NCBI GenBank assembly: GCA_030248215.1 | Contig: JASANG010001128.1 | Location: forward strand, 310,001-374,000 | Reading direction: 5' to 3' | Origin: Enoplolaimus lenunculus | Taxonomy: Eukaryota | DNA length: 64,000 nucleotides | Shown: positions 1-11,971 of the stretch, piece after piece | Numbering within the stretch: the stretch's first letter is position 1 | Layout: the number at the start of each line of letters is the position of its first letter | The notes under the pieces: generated by a model | What the model was told of the DNA's origin: nothing | The model's input: only the letters and a program-made list of their open reading frames with translations | Database searches by the model: none | Translations under genes and position numbers: made by a program

Positions 1-1204
1 AAAATTGTGTAAAATTTACTACCTGGCAATATATCTCAAAGAATTGTGGTGAGATATACATCAGAAGAAGATCATGATCATTTTTATTGAGTTTGGTCCC
101 AATCAACTCAGGGCTGCAAAGTTATAAAGAAATGATAAAAATCGATAAAAGGGCACATGATGTGCTCGAAGAAATACCGGAATTTTCGGTGATTTCTTAA
201 CGAAAGTGAAAAATGACATCGACTGTTATCGAAACATCTACGTATCGACGTATCCCTTGCTTCAAACATCTAGGCATATTGGTGTGTGCTTTACATTTAG
301 TGCATAATTTATAGATGAATGCAAGGCACTTATCCTGTTTTGGTAAATATATTATCGTTGAATAAAATGAACATATATACTGTGCGATATATATGTTTAT
401 GTTTTACTATGCAACGTAACAACATAGTTAAACGCGAAGGACCAAAACAACCAAATTCAAAGTACTCCATGAACTCGTTGATCCATGGCTAATGCAGTTA
501 TTGCATCACTGTTTCCGGTTGTTTATTTCAAAGCCATTGGTTAGTTGACAAATGTTACTTTTAGAGTGGGGCTCTAATCTTGTTGTATTCCTTAAGTATA
601 AATGCATTGTTATGTTTAATTTCGGAACAAAATCTAGATTTCAAAATTGTCCGCATGGATAAATACATTTGTAAAATCATTTTAGTCGGGGTATTTTGTC
701 GCTATTTATGCAGTATATACCCTGACCCGGAATTTGTTATTGTGAAATACTTGCATTTTCGTGGTAATAAAAGTGACACTTGGACATCCTAGTTGCTCAA
801 AACATTTTTCTAGTTAAATACGTTTTAGCAACATGTAGGCTTTAGCTTTTATTGTTTACCCGGACCGCGTATCCAGAAGGTTGGAAAAGAAAGGCTGCGT
901 AATATATTTTTCGTTGTCGTCCGAAATTTACCGGTTTTCGAGAGCCTTACACTGTCCAACGAAAACACAAACGAGGGCTTGTCTTCACGGCTAACGTGTA
1001 TATTTGGTGGATTGTAAGTCTCCGTCTTTTTTATAAAGATTAGTGTGAAACTATCTTTGATTCCCCACTCGCAGCTAGTTTACTTAGTTAATCACTACAG
1101 TTTTAAACTGAATTGGCAAGCGACGGAGCAGAAAAAAATGAACCATAACGTCAAAAAATACCGGAACCGGAAAAAATGCATGTTACCGAAAAATGTATTA
1201 TTGC

Positions 1205-1513
1205 CCGTCACCGTGCGGCGCCATCCGTCACCCGTTACCCGTTCGGCGCCGTCCGTCACCCGTTCGGCGCCGTCCGTCACCCGTTCGGCGCCGTCCGTCA
1301 CCCGTTCGGCGCCGTCCGTCACCCGTTCGGCGCCGTCCGTCACCCGTTCGGCGCCGTCCGTCACCCGTCCGGCGCCGTCCGTCACCCGTTCGGTGTTGTC
1401 CATCACCCGTACGGCGCCGTCCATCACCGTGCGTCACCCGTACGGCATTGCACGTCACCGTGCGTCAGCCGTATGAAGCCGTCTGTCACCGTACGGCGAG
1501 TATAGCGCAACCC
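1205..1513. mobile_element. 5'-truncated MITE with a 21-bp GC-rich minisatellite (CCGTCACCCGTTCGGCGCCGT)n, ending in the TIR TATAGCGCAACCC
   Basis: Tandem 21-mers are visible. The right end TATAGCGCAACCC (1501-1513) is followed by TTA and matches the termini of the complete copies at 3206-3569 and 55987-56208. Confidence 0.75.
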
Positions 1514-1963
1514 TTAGTCATTAATTTAAATATTCATTTAGGTATGCTAGGGTTCATCTAGATTAGGGTTTGCCTATTGTAATCATTATAGATGGTGAAC
1601 GGACGCGGGCACGTGCAAAAATTTACATTACCTGTATGAGAGGAATAATATATAAAAGTACGTCAATCAGTTCCACGGTAGTTGGCATAAAAGCAAACGA
1701 TGGTTTCAATTTTTTGAGATTTTTAAAAAATATCCGATAATTTGAAATACCGAGGCCTTAGCCAGATGTTGATTTTAAAACCTTGCATACCATTTTGTAT
1801 TTTAGTCCAGTTCCAAAATTGTCAGATCAAAACACAGCGGCGATTTATTTATACCGCAAGTGCTCGGCATGAAGGTCTCGAGTGACGTCATTTGGTTGTA
1901 CTTTTGACAGGTATTGTGTTTTATTTGTTAATGAGGGATTCACGTTATAACTGCAGCAGACGG

Positions 1964-2630
1964 GTCACGGTTTGTTTGATGTTGATTCGAAGACAACGTT
2001 AAATTTCGGGCTGTCATATCGGGTGTACAGATAAAACTTGAATATCTTATAACATTGACTTACAAGCCGCCTCTGTCTCAATGTATAATAGAGCGCGCAT
2101 GTCACGTGATACTGTTAGACCAGGCTGCAACCGGCAACCGGAATTTTAAAATACCGACACCGGAAAGTAAAAAATACAGGAATCTGAACCGGAAACTATA
2201 AATACTTATGGTAGCTTATAGTTGTTCTGTTCATATATGATAAAAAGCAAAAGAATTCAAGCCTTAAAAAATTTAATCCAAATCATTTGGGTAGATTAGG
2301 AGGAGCCGAATCTGCATTATGCTTAGATATATTAAGACTAGAGTGGGTTCTGAACATTTAGACCAAGGCTTCTCAGTGTAATAAACACTGATAGATCTGA
2401 AACAGTACTTATGCCTAAGCCCAAGGAATAAAATATGCTTAGAATTTAAGCCTACTCTTGTGCGGTCTGGTGAGAAAACGGGGCACCACTTAAAGTAACA
2501 CGGGCTGATGCTTGTACGATTAAGCGTAAGTATATTTCAATGTGGTTCTATCTTTTTAGAACGTAAAACGACTCGTGTATATAGCTGGAGAGAAGGCTGA
2601 CATCGATAGAATCTCTATTGCAGTAGTTTA
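1964..2630. repeat. Local duplication, copy 1 (paralogous to 4831-5498)
   Basis: Near-identical sequence starts GTCACGGTTTGTTTGATG at 1964 and at 4831. Similarity resumes after the TTAA MITE insertion (3195 onward vs 5495 onward). Confidence 0.9.
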
Positions 2631-2899
2631 CCCTTTCTCACATGAATATTTTCTATTTTCCCTGAGACCTACTTTTATGCTAGGATTCGAACTCCAGTGA
2701 CTGGAGTGGGAGGCGTATACCATCACCACTCAGCTATTGGAGCTTGACGCTCGAGCCCGAGGGGGCTCTCACTCTCACGTCTTGTGGTGATTCAGTACTA
2801 TGTATACGTGTTGCAATTGTTAAACACGGTGCGATATAGGTTACTTACCGTATATACGCTCCGCTGAGGTGCCTATAGGCAACTCAATGTGAGAAGGGG
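2631..2899 (+). mobile_element. piggyBac-type (TTAA) MITE with an internal tRNA-derived segment, copy 1
   Basis: Termini are CCCTTTCTCACAT ... ATGTGAGAAGGGG. Same family as 62263-62525, which has TTAA on both sides. Confidence 0.85.
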
Positions 2900-2932
2900 T
2901 TATAGATAGTAAACTGAAAATTTTTCGCTTAG

Positions 2933-3194
2933 CCGTTTCTCACATGAATATTTTCTATTTCCCCTGAGACCTACTTTTATGCTAGGATTCGAACGCCAGT
3001 GACTGGAGTGGGAGGCGTATACCATCACCACTGAGCTATAGGAGCTTGACGCTCGAGCCCGAGGGGCTATCACGTCTTGTGGTGATTTAGTATTATGTAA
3101 ACGTGTTGCAATTGTTAAACACGGTGCGATATATGTTATTTACCGTATATACGCTGCGCTGAGTTGCCTATAGGCAACTCAATGTGAGAAGGGG
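2933..3194 (+). mobile_element. piggyBac-type (TTAA) MITE with an internal tRNA-derived segment, copy 2 (tandem with copy 1)
   Basis: Termini are CCGTTTCTCACAT ... ATGTGAGAAGGGG, followed by TTAA at 3195-3198. Confidence 0.85.
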
Positions 3195-3205
3195 TTAATG
3201 ATTAA

Positions 3206-3569
3206 GAGTTGCGCTATATGTATATGTGTCGTGCGGCGCCGTCCATCACCCGCACGACGGCGTCCATCACCCGCACGACGGCGTCCGTCACCCGCACGAC
3301 GGCGTCCGTCACCCGCACGACGGCGTCCGTCACCCGCACGACGGCGTCCGTCACCCGTACGGCGCCGTTCGTCCCCCGTACGGCGCTGTCTGTCACTGTG
3401 CGTCACCCGTGCGGTGTTGTCCGTCACCGTGCGTCAGGCGAACGTTGCCGTTTGTCACCATGCGGTGCCGTCCGTCAACGATCGTCACCGTTCTCGCACG
3501 ATAACGTATGGTGATGGACGGTACCGTACGGGTAACGGACGGTGCTCGACGTCAAGTATAGCGCAACCC
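3206..3569. mobile_element. MITE with TAA TSD (PIF/Harbinger- or Zator-type) containing a 21-bp minisatellite
   Basis: TAA-GAGTTGCGCTATA ... TATAGCGCAACCC-TAA, with an internal (CCGTCACCCGCACGACGGCGT)n array. Confidence 0.8.
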
Positions 3570-4046
3570 TAATACTTTAACACCACACAATATGGTTAGC
3601 TATTTCTTGCACGGGATTCAATGTCAAATTAGCCGTTGAGTGGTTAGTGGCGAAAACTCAGTTGAGTCTCTTACGTTGAAAATTTTTAAAGTCAAAGTAG
3701 CTAAGGTCTGTCCGTACACTCTGCATATGATTTGCCGGTATTTTTCGGCAGTTCCTGTGAAAATAAGTATGCGTGTGGCCCATTCCAGCCACCATGTGGT
3801 TATATAAAATCAAAGTAGTTATTGACTGATGCATGATCGTACTCATTCTACTTCCGCAAATTAGTCACCTTGGCACCGTGGCCCACAATCACCCTTTGAG
3901 TACTAAAGTCGCGATGGTGGAACGATCCTTGATACCCTTAGTTGAGAGCAACTTTATTTGATGTTTCAGCGGTGGGAAGCTTTACTTGGTAGTAAAGCCT
4001 TTAAAGCCACAAATAAATTATTGTAGGGTTTGTTGATGTATTTTAG

Positions 4047-4254
4047 GAAGAACGAATATCAGACCGTTGATGACCGTGACAAAATACCAAAATATCGTCA
4101 AAATATGACGAAAGCCATTGCGGGCAATGTTATTACAACTTATCAAACATTCGCGGATATGAATCAAAAGCAATCGGCACAAAATGTAAAGGCAATTTTC
4201 GAAGCGTTAATGCCACTGAGCCGTGCTCGCTGTCGCGGAACGATAATTTACGCG
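4047..4254 (+). CDS. Candidate internal coding exon of unknown product; possibly an upstream exon of the SET-domain gene
   Basis: TTTTAG acceptor at 4041-4046, open frame KNEYQTVDDRDKIPKYRQ...RGTIIYA, GTGAGA donor at 4255. The sequence is non-repetitive, but no homology was recognised. Confidence 0.35.
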
Positions 4255-4830
4255 GTGAGAGAAGACTATTGACTTCTCCTTGTTGCTAATTTAGTAAAAA
4301 TACTGGTTTACACTAATCGGTTGCGATTTGCACAGCCGGGTACAACCAAACCAGAGGTTTGTCTCTTACTTCGACTGAACCAAGAGTGTATTATACGTAT
4401 AGAGTATGATAATTGAACAGAATCACGCCTCAGCGTGATGTAGTACCACAAGCAGGGTGCAACCGGAATTACAATTTACCGGAACCGGAACCGGAAAGTG
4501 AAAAATGCATTTCACCAAAAATTTCATTTTAATCTTATTTTTTGCTCTATTATTTGTGAAATAACCTTAGTCGAACATAGGTATTTATTTTATTTGTTGT
4601 ATTTTAGAATTTCATCTTACCGCCACCTGGATCACGGAGTTGACAAAGCCTGGAGTTAACTAAATCCAATTCGATTAAAGCGCGTCGCCGATTGGTTACT
4701 GATGCTGGTTTAAGTCTGAATCCTCTGGTCAAAATGCTTCTAATACTCCCTGCTCGATCATGGAGGGTTACTGCTATTTTCGATCCAAAAAGATTTTCAG
4801 GTAAGCTGCAATTGTAATATTGTGGTGTGT

Positions 4831-5580
4831 GTCACGGTTTGTTTGATGTTGATTCGAAGACAACGTTAAATTTCGGGCTGTCATATCGGGTGTACAGATA
4901 AAACTTGAATATCTTATAACATTGACTTACAAGCCGCCGCTGTCACATGTTCAATGTATAAAAGAGCTCACCTTGTCACGTGATACTGTTAGACCAGGCT
5001 GCAACCGGAATTTTAAAATACCGACATCGGAAGGTAAAAAATACAGGAATCTGAACCGGAAACTATAAATACTTATGGTAGCTTATAGTTGTTCTGTTCA
5101 TATATGATAAAAAGCAAAAGAATTCAAGCCTTAAAAAATTTAATCCAAAGCATTTGGGTAGCTTAGGAGGAGCCGAACCTGCATTATGCTTAGATATATT
5201 AAGACTACAGTGGTTTCTGAACATTTAGACCAAGGCTTCTCAGTGTAATAAACACTGATAGATCTGAAACAGTACTTATGCCTAAGCCCAAGGAATAAAA
5301 TATGCTTAGAATTTAAGCCTACTCTTGTGCGGTCTGGTGAGAAAACGGGGCACCACTTAAAGTAACACGGGCTGATGCTTGTGCGATTAAGCGTAAGTAT
5401 ATTTCAATGTGGTTCTATCTTTTTAGAACGTAAAACGACTCGTGTATATAGCTGGAGAGAAGGCTGACATCGATAGAATCTCTGTTGCAGTAGTTTAATG
5501 ACTAAGAGTTGCGCTATATATACTTGTCGTGCGGAGCCGTCCGTCGCCGTGGGTTACCAGTTCGGCACCGTCCGTCACCA
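4831..5580. repeat. Local duplication, copy 2, retaining the empty TTAA site at 5495-5498
   Basis: Matches 1964-2630 joined directly to the sequence from 3195 onward. Confidence 0.85.
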
Positions 5581-8576
5581 ATAATATTGTAGTAAATATC
5601 CCGAGGTATCATTTGACATATGGCTACTTTTATGCGATGACCACTTGAGAGCTGTGATATGCAAGCCAATATCATGTGGCATTCACGTTTTGTCGGCATA
5701 TCCGGCAATAGATCACAACAATTCGTGTTGACCTCAAATCAACGTGGACAAAACATGTTTTACGCTAAACGTGAATCACACAATAGGCTCGAGTCATAAA
5801 TTACAAACTCGGATATTATACAAAATTTTTGGTGTTTCCGTCGCAATTTTTGCTCCGGTAACATGTTGAGTTTGTCCCTTACGGCTAAAGATAAAGTACA
5901 ATCATGGACAGAATTGAATGGGCTGTAAATGCGATTCGGTTTTCTGCTATGCGCTGCAGTTTTATACTCGCGCTTTAATTTTTATACTCGTGACCGCGTT
6001 TGAAATAGGGGTTTTTATCGCGTTTGCAAATAATTGAAAACTTAACACCATGTTTAGCTTATAGATTCTGTGTTCAAGGCCGGGCAGCCGCTCTAATTCA
6101 ATACACTGATGAACCAAGGGGGAGGGGGTGCCGGCCAACCTCGAACCTTCCTCAAAAAATCCTGATTTGCCGGTGTGCTGCGACACCGACCTAGCGTTTG
6201 GATGTCCGCCAGCTCTGAGCCTGTCTGACCCGGTACTGTATGTAGTCGCGAAAATCGCGAGCAATTCAAATTGCGTTTACGAGAGTGTGTTCAAGTAACG
6301 AGCAATCACGATTGCCCTTAATTTTGTCCGTAACTGTACATCCGTTACAAAAAACACAAGAATACGTCTAGCTTCAACCTCGCTTTTCATACGAGGTTGC
6401 AGCAATTGAGAGGCTTTGTTAGAAAAACCCAAAAGTATTTTGGGATTTAATATATACTTACAAAAAACATGTGTGGCTTGTTTAGCTCCCTCCACTCATG
6501 AGTTTCTGATGTTCTGATAACCTCCTCCGGTTATTCCATTTTAAAACTTAAATTTTTAAAAAATTCTAATTTTAAGCTCCCAAATTCCTCCACTGGACTC
6601 GGAATGTTTTTGTTGAAAAATTATAAAAATTATACAGGTTGCGGAGCTAAGACGAATATTGTTTAATGTTTCCCAATCAGAAGTCTTCCTAACGAATGAG
6701 TGATATATAATTTGTCCCACTTATCAAAAAATTTTGGGTCCCAGGGAGCTGAAAATGTGGCCTGAAAAATCGAATTTTTACAAAAATCAGATTTGGGCAT
6801 GGAATGATCAGAGAATGTCATCAGAAGCTCAAATATGAAAAACTTTCAAAATGCAAGCATTTTTGGACAAACGGCGGCTAAGGGGTGAGCTAACCGATCA
6901 CTCAGAAAAAGAATGAATTTTTCCGTAAAAAATGGAACCGGTCATAATTTTTTCCGGCAAAAACAACCCTGCCTGAAATTGTGCATGTTCGACGATAACG
7001 TGCGTACATCATGTTACAATTACTTATTTTCAAACGTCTATATAATATGTAAGTATAGGTTAACAGGTAGTTGATATTGCAGTTGGATCTTAGATTGCTT
7101 GCATGGTGATTGATTTTCAGACAAACATTGCAATTAACATTTCACAACTATACTAAAATTTTTTGGTACCAATTATCTTACAGTTAGGGGTTGTATGGGG
7201 GTCGCAGATATGTTGGCCTCATTGTCTGGTTAGATATGATACAGCTCTGCTGAATACCGAAACAGTCATTATATAGGGACAATATGATTGGTTTTGCATT
7301 GCATGTGGTTAATGACGTAATTTTATTTCAGGCTTACATATGGACGAAAATTGGAAACTATTCATGTATTCAATTAATGTAATTCATGTACATTATCATT
7401 CTGTAGTAGTCATGTGCTAAAAAATTTCCAAAACTTTGGGTTCCTGTTCATTTCGTAATTCATGGATCTGTGGTAATATTGCCTCAAGTTTGTATCAAAA
7501 TCAACAGTGTCGAATCCGGAAATTTCTAAAAGGGTAGCCGCGCAAGATATCAGTGGAAAAACTGCGCGAGCGAGAAGCCGTACGCCATTTTAGCACTAAA
7601 CCTTAATACAAAATTTTGGTTTTGATCCCTGTTTGAAGCCCTAGGCCGGCGTACCACCCTTTGGATCCGCCATTGATCAACAATATATTATATTCTGTGC
7701 AATGATTTCACTGGAAGTACTGCTCTGTAAAAATTGGTTGCACTTGTACGACAAATATTTCATGTTGTGGTTTAAGTGTATCTGTATGATGTCTGTTTAT
7801 CCAGGGTGTCTGCATACACTGTATTTTCAACCATTAAAACCAGTTTCATTTGCCACTTATATGAGTGAGCAGATCACAATAATAAATACAAATATTACAC
7901 GTTTAAGTTTACATAACAACGATTATATGTGCTTTGACGCGCTGCACGCTACATCTGAACAGTTTTTAAGTCAGTGTTTTGAAATGAGGCGTATAAAGCA
8001 GTATACAGTTCAATTTCATAGATGGCTAGGTAATTCAGGGACCGTACTATTGGCTGACGCTATAGTTTTATTGACATCACACTACTCGCCTTATGTTTTT
8101 ACTCTGAGCCTTCCGATTCCGGCGGCATCCACCCCCCTCCAGCCCAAAACTCGCGAGCGAAGTGAGAGAGAAGCCTGACGCATTTTAAAAATAAGCGGTT
8201 TTGTTTCAACCGGTTAGGGTGGGCTTCCTTTTAGGGGCTGTCCTCCCAAATGGGGCATGGGGGTGGCTGCTCCGGCCCTGTTAGTACTACGCGCGCTGAG
8301 ATGCTGCAAGCTTTTGCCCAAGGGGTACAATCTGCTTTAACACTGTCACTAAGGTTAGCTTTAATGTATGTTAAAGTAAAGTGGCGCATCTTTTTCATAT
8401 AAGCAAAAATTTTATGGATTTCGGATTCCGATTGTACAATCAGTTAGAACCCTGACGACGTACGCTACATACTTGTGCGTCACTACGGCCTATCCGGCCC
8501 ATGCGTAGAACTTTGCCGGAACAGTAGTCTAACCAAATTGTAAAGCCTAATCGATAGCGTATGGATTAGCCTATAC

Positions 8577-8878
8577 CAAGGTGCAGCCGGAATTCTGGTT
8601 CCATTTTTTACTAACGGATTCCGGTTTTAAATCAGGTATTTTTTACCGGAATTTTTCGGTAGTATAGAAAACTTTTTTTCTTATTTTTCCAAAATTGTTT
8701 GAGCGTGTATTGCCAAAATTTTCAATTTGTGTCATACTCCATAATTTATCATGCGTTTCTACACCATTAAGAGCGATAAAATAACGTTAAAATGAATTGA
8801 TCGGTAACATGCATTTTTTGTTTTCCGGCTCCGGTATTTTTTGACTTTCTGGAACTTTATAATTCCGGTTGCACCCTG
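8577..8878. mobile_element. hAT-like MITE of the CAGGGTGCAACCGG family; duplicated at 10566-10867
   Basis: CAAGGTGCAGCCGG ... CCGGTTGCACCCTG termini, with an imperfect 8-bp TSD gcctatac/acctatat. Confidence 0.75.
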
Positions 8879-9019
8879 ACCTATATCTAAGCCTGAGCCT
8901 AGTTTAGGCACAAGTTAGCTTAAAGCTTAAGATTAACCAATCAATGTCCCGCAGAAAAACGTAAGTAACGTTCCGGCAGTGTTGTGTACATGGGCCACAT
9001 ATTCAAACAAACTGATTAA

Positions 9020-9280
9020 CCAATTCTCACATTGAGTTGCCTATAGGCAACTCAGCGCAGTGTATATACGTTAAATAAAGCACATCGCACCGTGTTTAAC
9101 AATTTCAACACATATACATAGTACTAAATCGCCACAAGACGTGAAAGCCCCTCGGGCTCGAGCGTCAAGCTCCTATAGCTGAGTGGTGATGGTATACGCG
9201 TCCCACTCCAGTCACTGGAGTTTGAATCCTAGCATAAAAGTAGGTCTCAGGGGAAATAGAAGATATTCATGTGAGAAAGG
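9020..9280 (-). mobile_element. TTAA MITE with tRNA-derived segment, inverted copy; duplicated at 11009-11269
   Basis: TTAA-CCAATTCTCACATTG ... ATGTGAGAAAGGG-TTAA. Confidence 0.85.
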
Positions 9281-11292
9281 GTTAATCGTTAGAAGATACC
9301 ACGGGCCCATACGTTCAGAGGCGTCCAGTTTTCCTGCGGGACAACAATAGTGTTTGAGAGCACCATTTTCTGCTCCTTCTCGTGCATACCCGATTATATA
9401 ATGTGCTAAAAAATTTCCAAAACTTTGGGTTCCTGTTCATTTCGTAATTCATGGATCTGTGGTAATATTGCCTCAAGTTTGTATCAAAATCAACAGTGTC
9501 GAATCCGGAAATTTCTAAAAGGGTAGCCGCGCAAGATATCAGTGGAAAAACTGCGCGAGCGAGAAGCCGTACGCCATTTTAGCACTAAACCTTAATACAA
9601 AATTTTGGTTTTGATCCCTGTTTGAAGCCCTAGGCCGGCGTACCACCCTTTGGATCCGCCATTGATCAACAATATATTATATTCTGTGCAATGATTTCAC
9701 TGGAAGTACTGCTCTGTAAAAATTGGTTGCACTTGTACGACAAATATTTCATGTTGTGGTTTAAGTGTATCTGTATGATGTCTGTTTATCCAGGGTGTCT
9801 GCATACACTGTATTTTCAACCATTAAAACCAGTTTCATTTGCCACTTATATGAGTGAGCAGATCACAATAATAAATACAAATATTACACGTTTAAGTTTA
9901 CATAACAACGATTATATGTGCTTTGACGCGCTGCACGCTACATCTGAACAGTTTTTAAGTCAGTGTTTTGAAATGAGGCGTATAAAGCAGTATACAGTTC
10001 AATTTCATAGATGGCTAGGTAATTCAGGGACCGTACTATTGGCTGACGCTATAGTTTTATTGACATCACACTACTCGCCTTATGTTTTTACTCTGAGCCT
10101 TCCGATTCCGGCGGCATCCACCCCCCTCCAGCCCAAAACTCGCGAGCGAAGTGAGAGAGAAGCCTGACGCATTTTAAAAATAAGCGGTTTTGTTTCAACC
10201 GGTTAGGGTGGGCTTCCTTTTAGGGGCTGTCCTCCCAAATGGGGCATGGGGGTGGCTGCTCCGGCCCTGTTAGTACTACGCGCGCTGAGATGCTGCAAGC
10301 TTTTGCCCAAGGGGTACAATCTGCTTTAACACTGTCACTAAGGTTAGCTTTAATGTATGTTAAAGTAAAGTGGCGCATCTTTTTCATATAAGCAAAAATT
10401 TTATGGATTTCGGATTCCGATTGTACAATCAGTTAGAACCCTGACGACGTACGCTACATACTTGTGCGTCACTACGGCCTATCCGGCCCATGCGTAGAAC
10501 TTTGCCGGAACAGTAGTCTAACCAAATTGTAAAGCCTAATCGATAGCGTATGGATTAGCCTATACCAAGGTGCAGCCGGAATTCTGGTTCCATTTTTTAC
10601 TAACGGATTCCGGTTTTAAATCAGGTATTTTTTACCGGAATTTTTCGGTAGTATAGAAAACTTTTTTTCTTATTTTTCCAAAATTGTTTGAGCGTGTATT
10701 GCCAAAATTTTCAATTTGTGTCATACTCCATAATTTATCATGCGTTTCTACACCATTAAGAGCGATAAAATAACGTTAAAATGAATTGATCGGTAACATG
10801 CATTTTTTGTTTTCCGGCTCCGGTATTTTTTGACTTTCTGGAACTTTATAATTCCGGTTGCACCCTGACCTATATCTAAGCCTGAGCCTAGTTTAGGCAC
10901 AAGTTAGCTTAAAGCTTAAGATTAACCAATCAATGTCCCGCAGAAAAACGTAAGTAACGTTCCGGCAGTGTTGTGTACATGGGCCACATATTCAAACAAA
11001 CTGATTAACCAATTCTCACATTGAGTTGCCTATAGGCAACTCAGCGCAGTGTATATACGTTAAATAAAGCACATCGCACCGTGTTTAACAATTTCAACAC
11101 ATATACATAGTACTAAATCGCCACAAGACGTGAAAGCCCCTCGGGCTCGAGCGTCAAGCTCCTATAGCTGAGTGGTGATGGTATACGCGTCCCACTCCAG
11201 TCACTGGAGTTTGAATCCTAGCATAAAAGTAGGTCTCAGGGGAAATAGAAGATATTCATGTGAGAAAGGGTTAATCGTTAGAAGATACCACG

Positions 11293-11936
11293 GGCCCATA
11301 CGTTCAGAGGCGTCCAGTTTTCCTGCGGGACAACAATAGTGTTTGAGAGCACCATTTTCTGCTCCTTCTCGTGCATACCCGATTATATACCATTAAACTT
11401 TACCTGTTTTCCAGCAAAAATTTGCAGTTGCTGTCCCAGTCTCTCATGTTCCCGAAAGAAGCTTGTCCCGTTTTCCTGTTTTCCCAGCAAAAACTTGCAC
11501 TTGTCCCGTTTTCCTGTTTTCCCAGCAAAAACTTGCACATGGCCCGTTTTCCTGTTTTTCCAGCAAAAACTTGCATTTGTCCCGTTTTCCTGTTTTCCCA
11601 GCAAAAACTTGCACTTGTCCCGTTTTCCTATTTTCCCTGCAAAAACTTGCACTTGCCCCGTTTTCCCATTTACCGGAAACAAGCCGGTCCTATTTTCCAG
11701 CCAAAATGTGTTGCTGTCCCATTTTCCCAGCGAGAATTAGCAGCTGTCTCATTTCACCGAAACAAGGCTTCCATTTTCCCTGCGAAAATATGTCTCTGTC
11801 CCATTGTCTATCGAAAATTTGTACCTGTCCTATTTTCCCATTTGCCCGAAACAAAACTGTCCCATTTACCTTTTTTTAACTCTTGGGTGTTACTGTGCCA
11901 CGGGAGAACGGGACGTTCTTAAAAGTAACATTGGCC
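11293..11936. mobile_element. GGCC-ended (Merlin-like) non-autonomous element carrying a 38-bp minisatellite
   Basis: GGCCCAT left end and AAAGTAACATTGGCC right end. Internal (TTGCACTTGTCCCGTTTTCCTGTTTTCCCAGCAAAAAC)n at about 11395-11700. No clear TSD. Confidence 0.65.
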
Positions 11937-11971
11937 AAAGTGGAAGTCTACTAGTGAGTTTTTTATTTTAG

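Larger units (their letters stand above)
7412..11389. repeat. Tandem duplication of a 1989-bp unit (7412-9400 and 9401-11389)
   Basis: Both units start ATGTGCTAAAAAATTTCC and end CCCGATTATATA. Identical 158-aa ORFs at 7702 and 9691 are offset by 1989. Confidence 0.95.

Noticed and set aside
1045..1561. Overlapping repetitive ORFs (also at 3179-3572)
   Set aside because: They result from a stop-free 21-bp minisatellite inside a MITE and are open in most frames.
6795..6845. Inverted similarity to about 56381-56435, considered as TIRs of a giant element
   Set aside because: The match is short and diverged, has no TSD, and would enclose the host gene LITAF. Dispersed repeat fragments are more likely.
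7702..8178. 158-aa ORF present twice
   Set aside because: The second copy is explained by the tandem duplication. The composition is not protein-like and the 3' end runs into a dispersed repeat.
11339..11922. Cys/Pro/Phe-rich ORFs
   Set aside because: They are translations of the 38-bp minisatellite.
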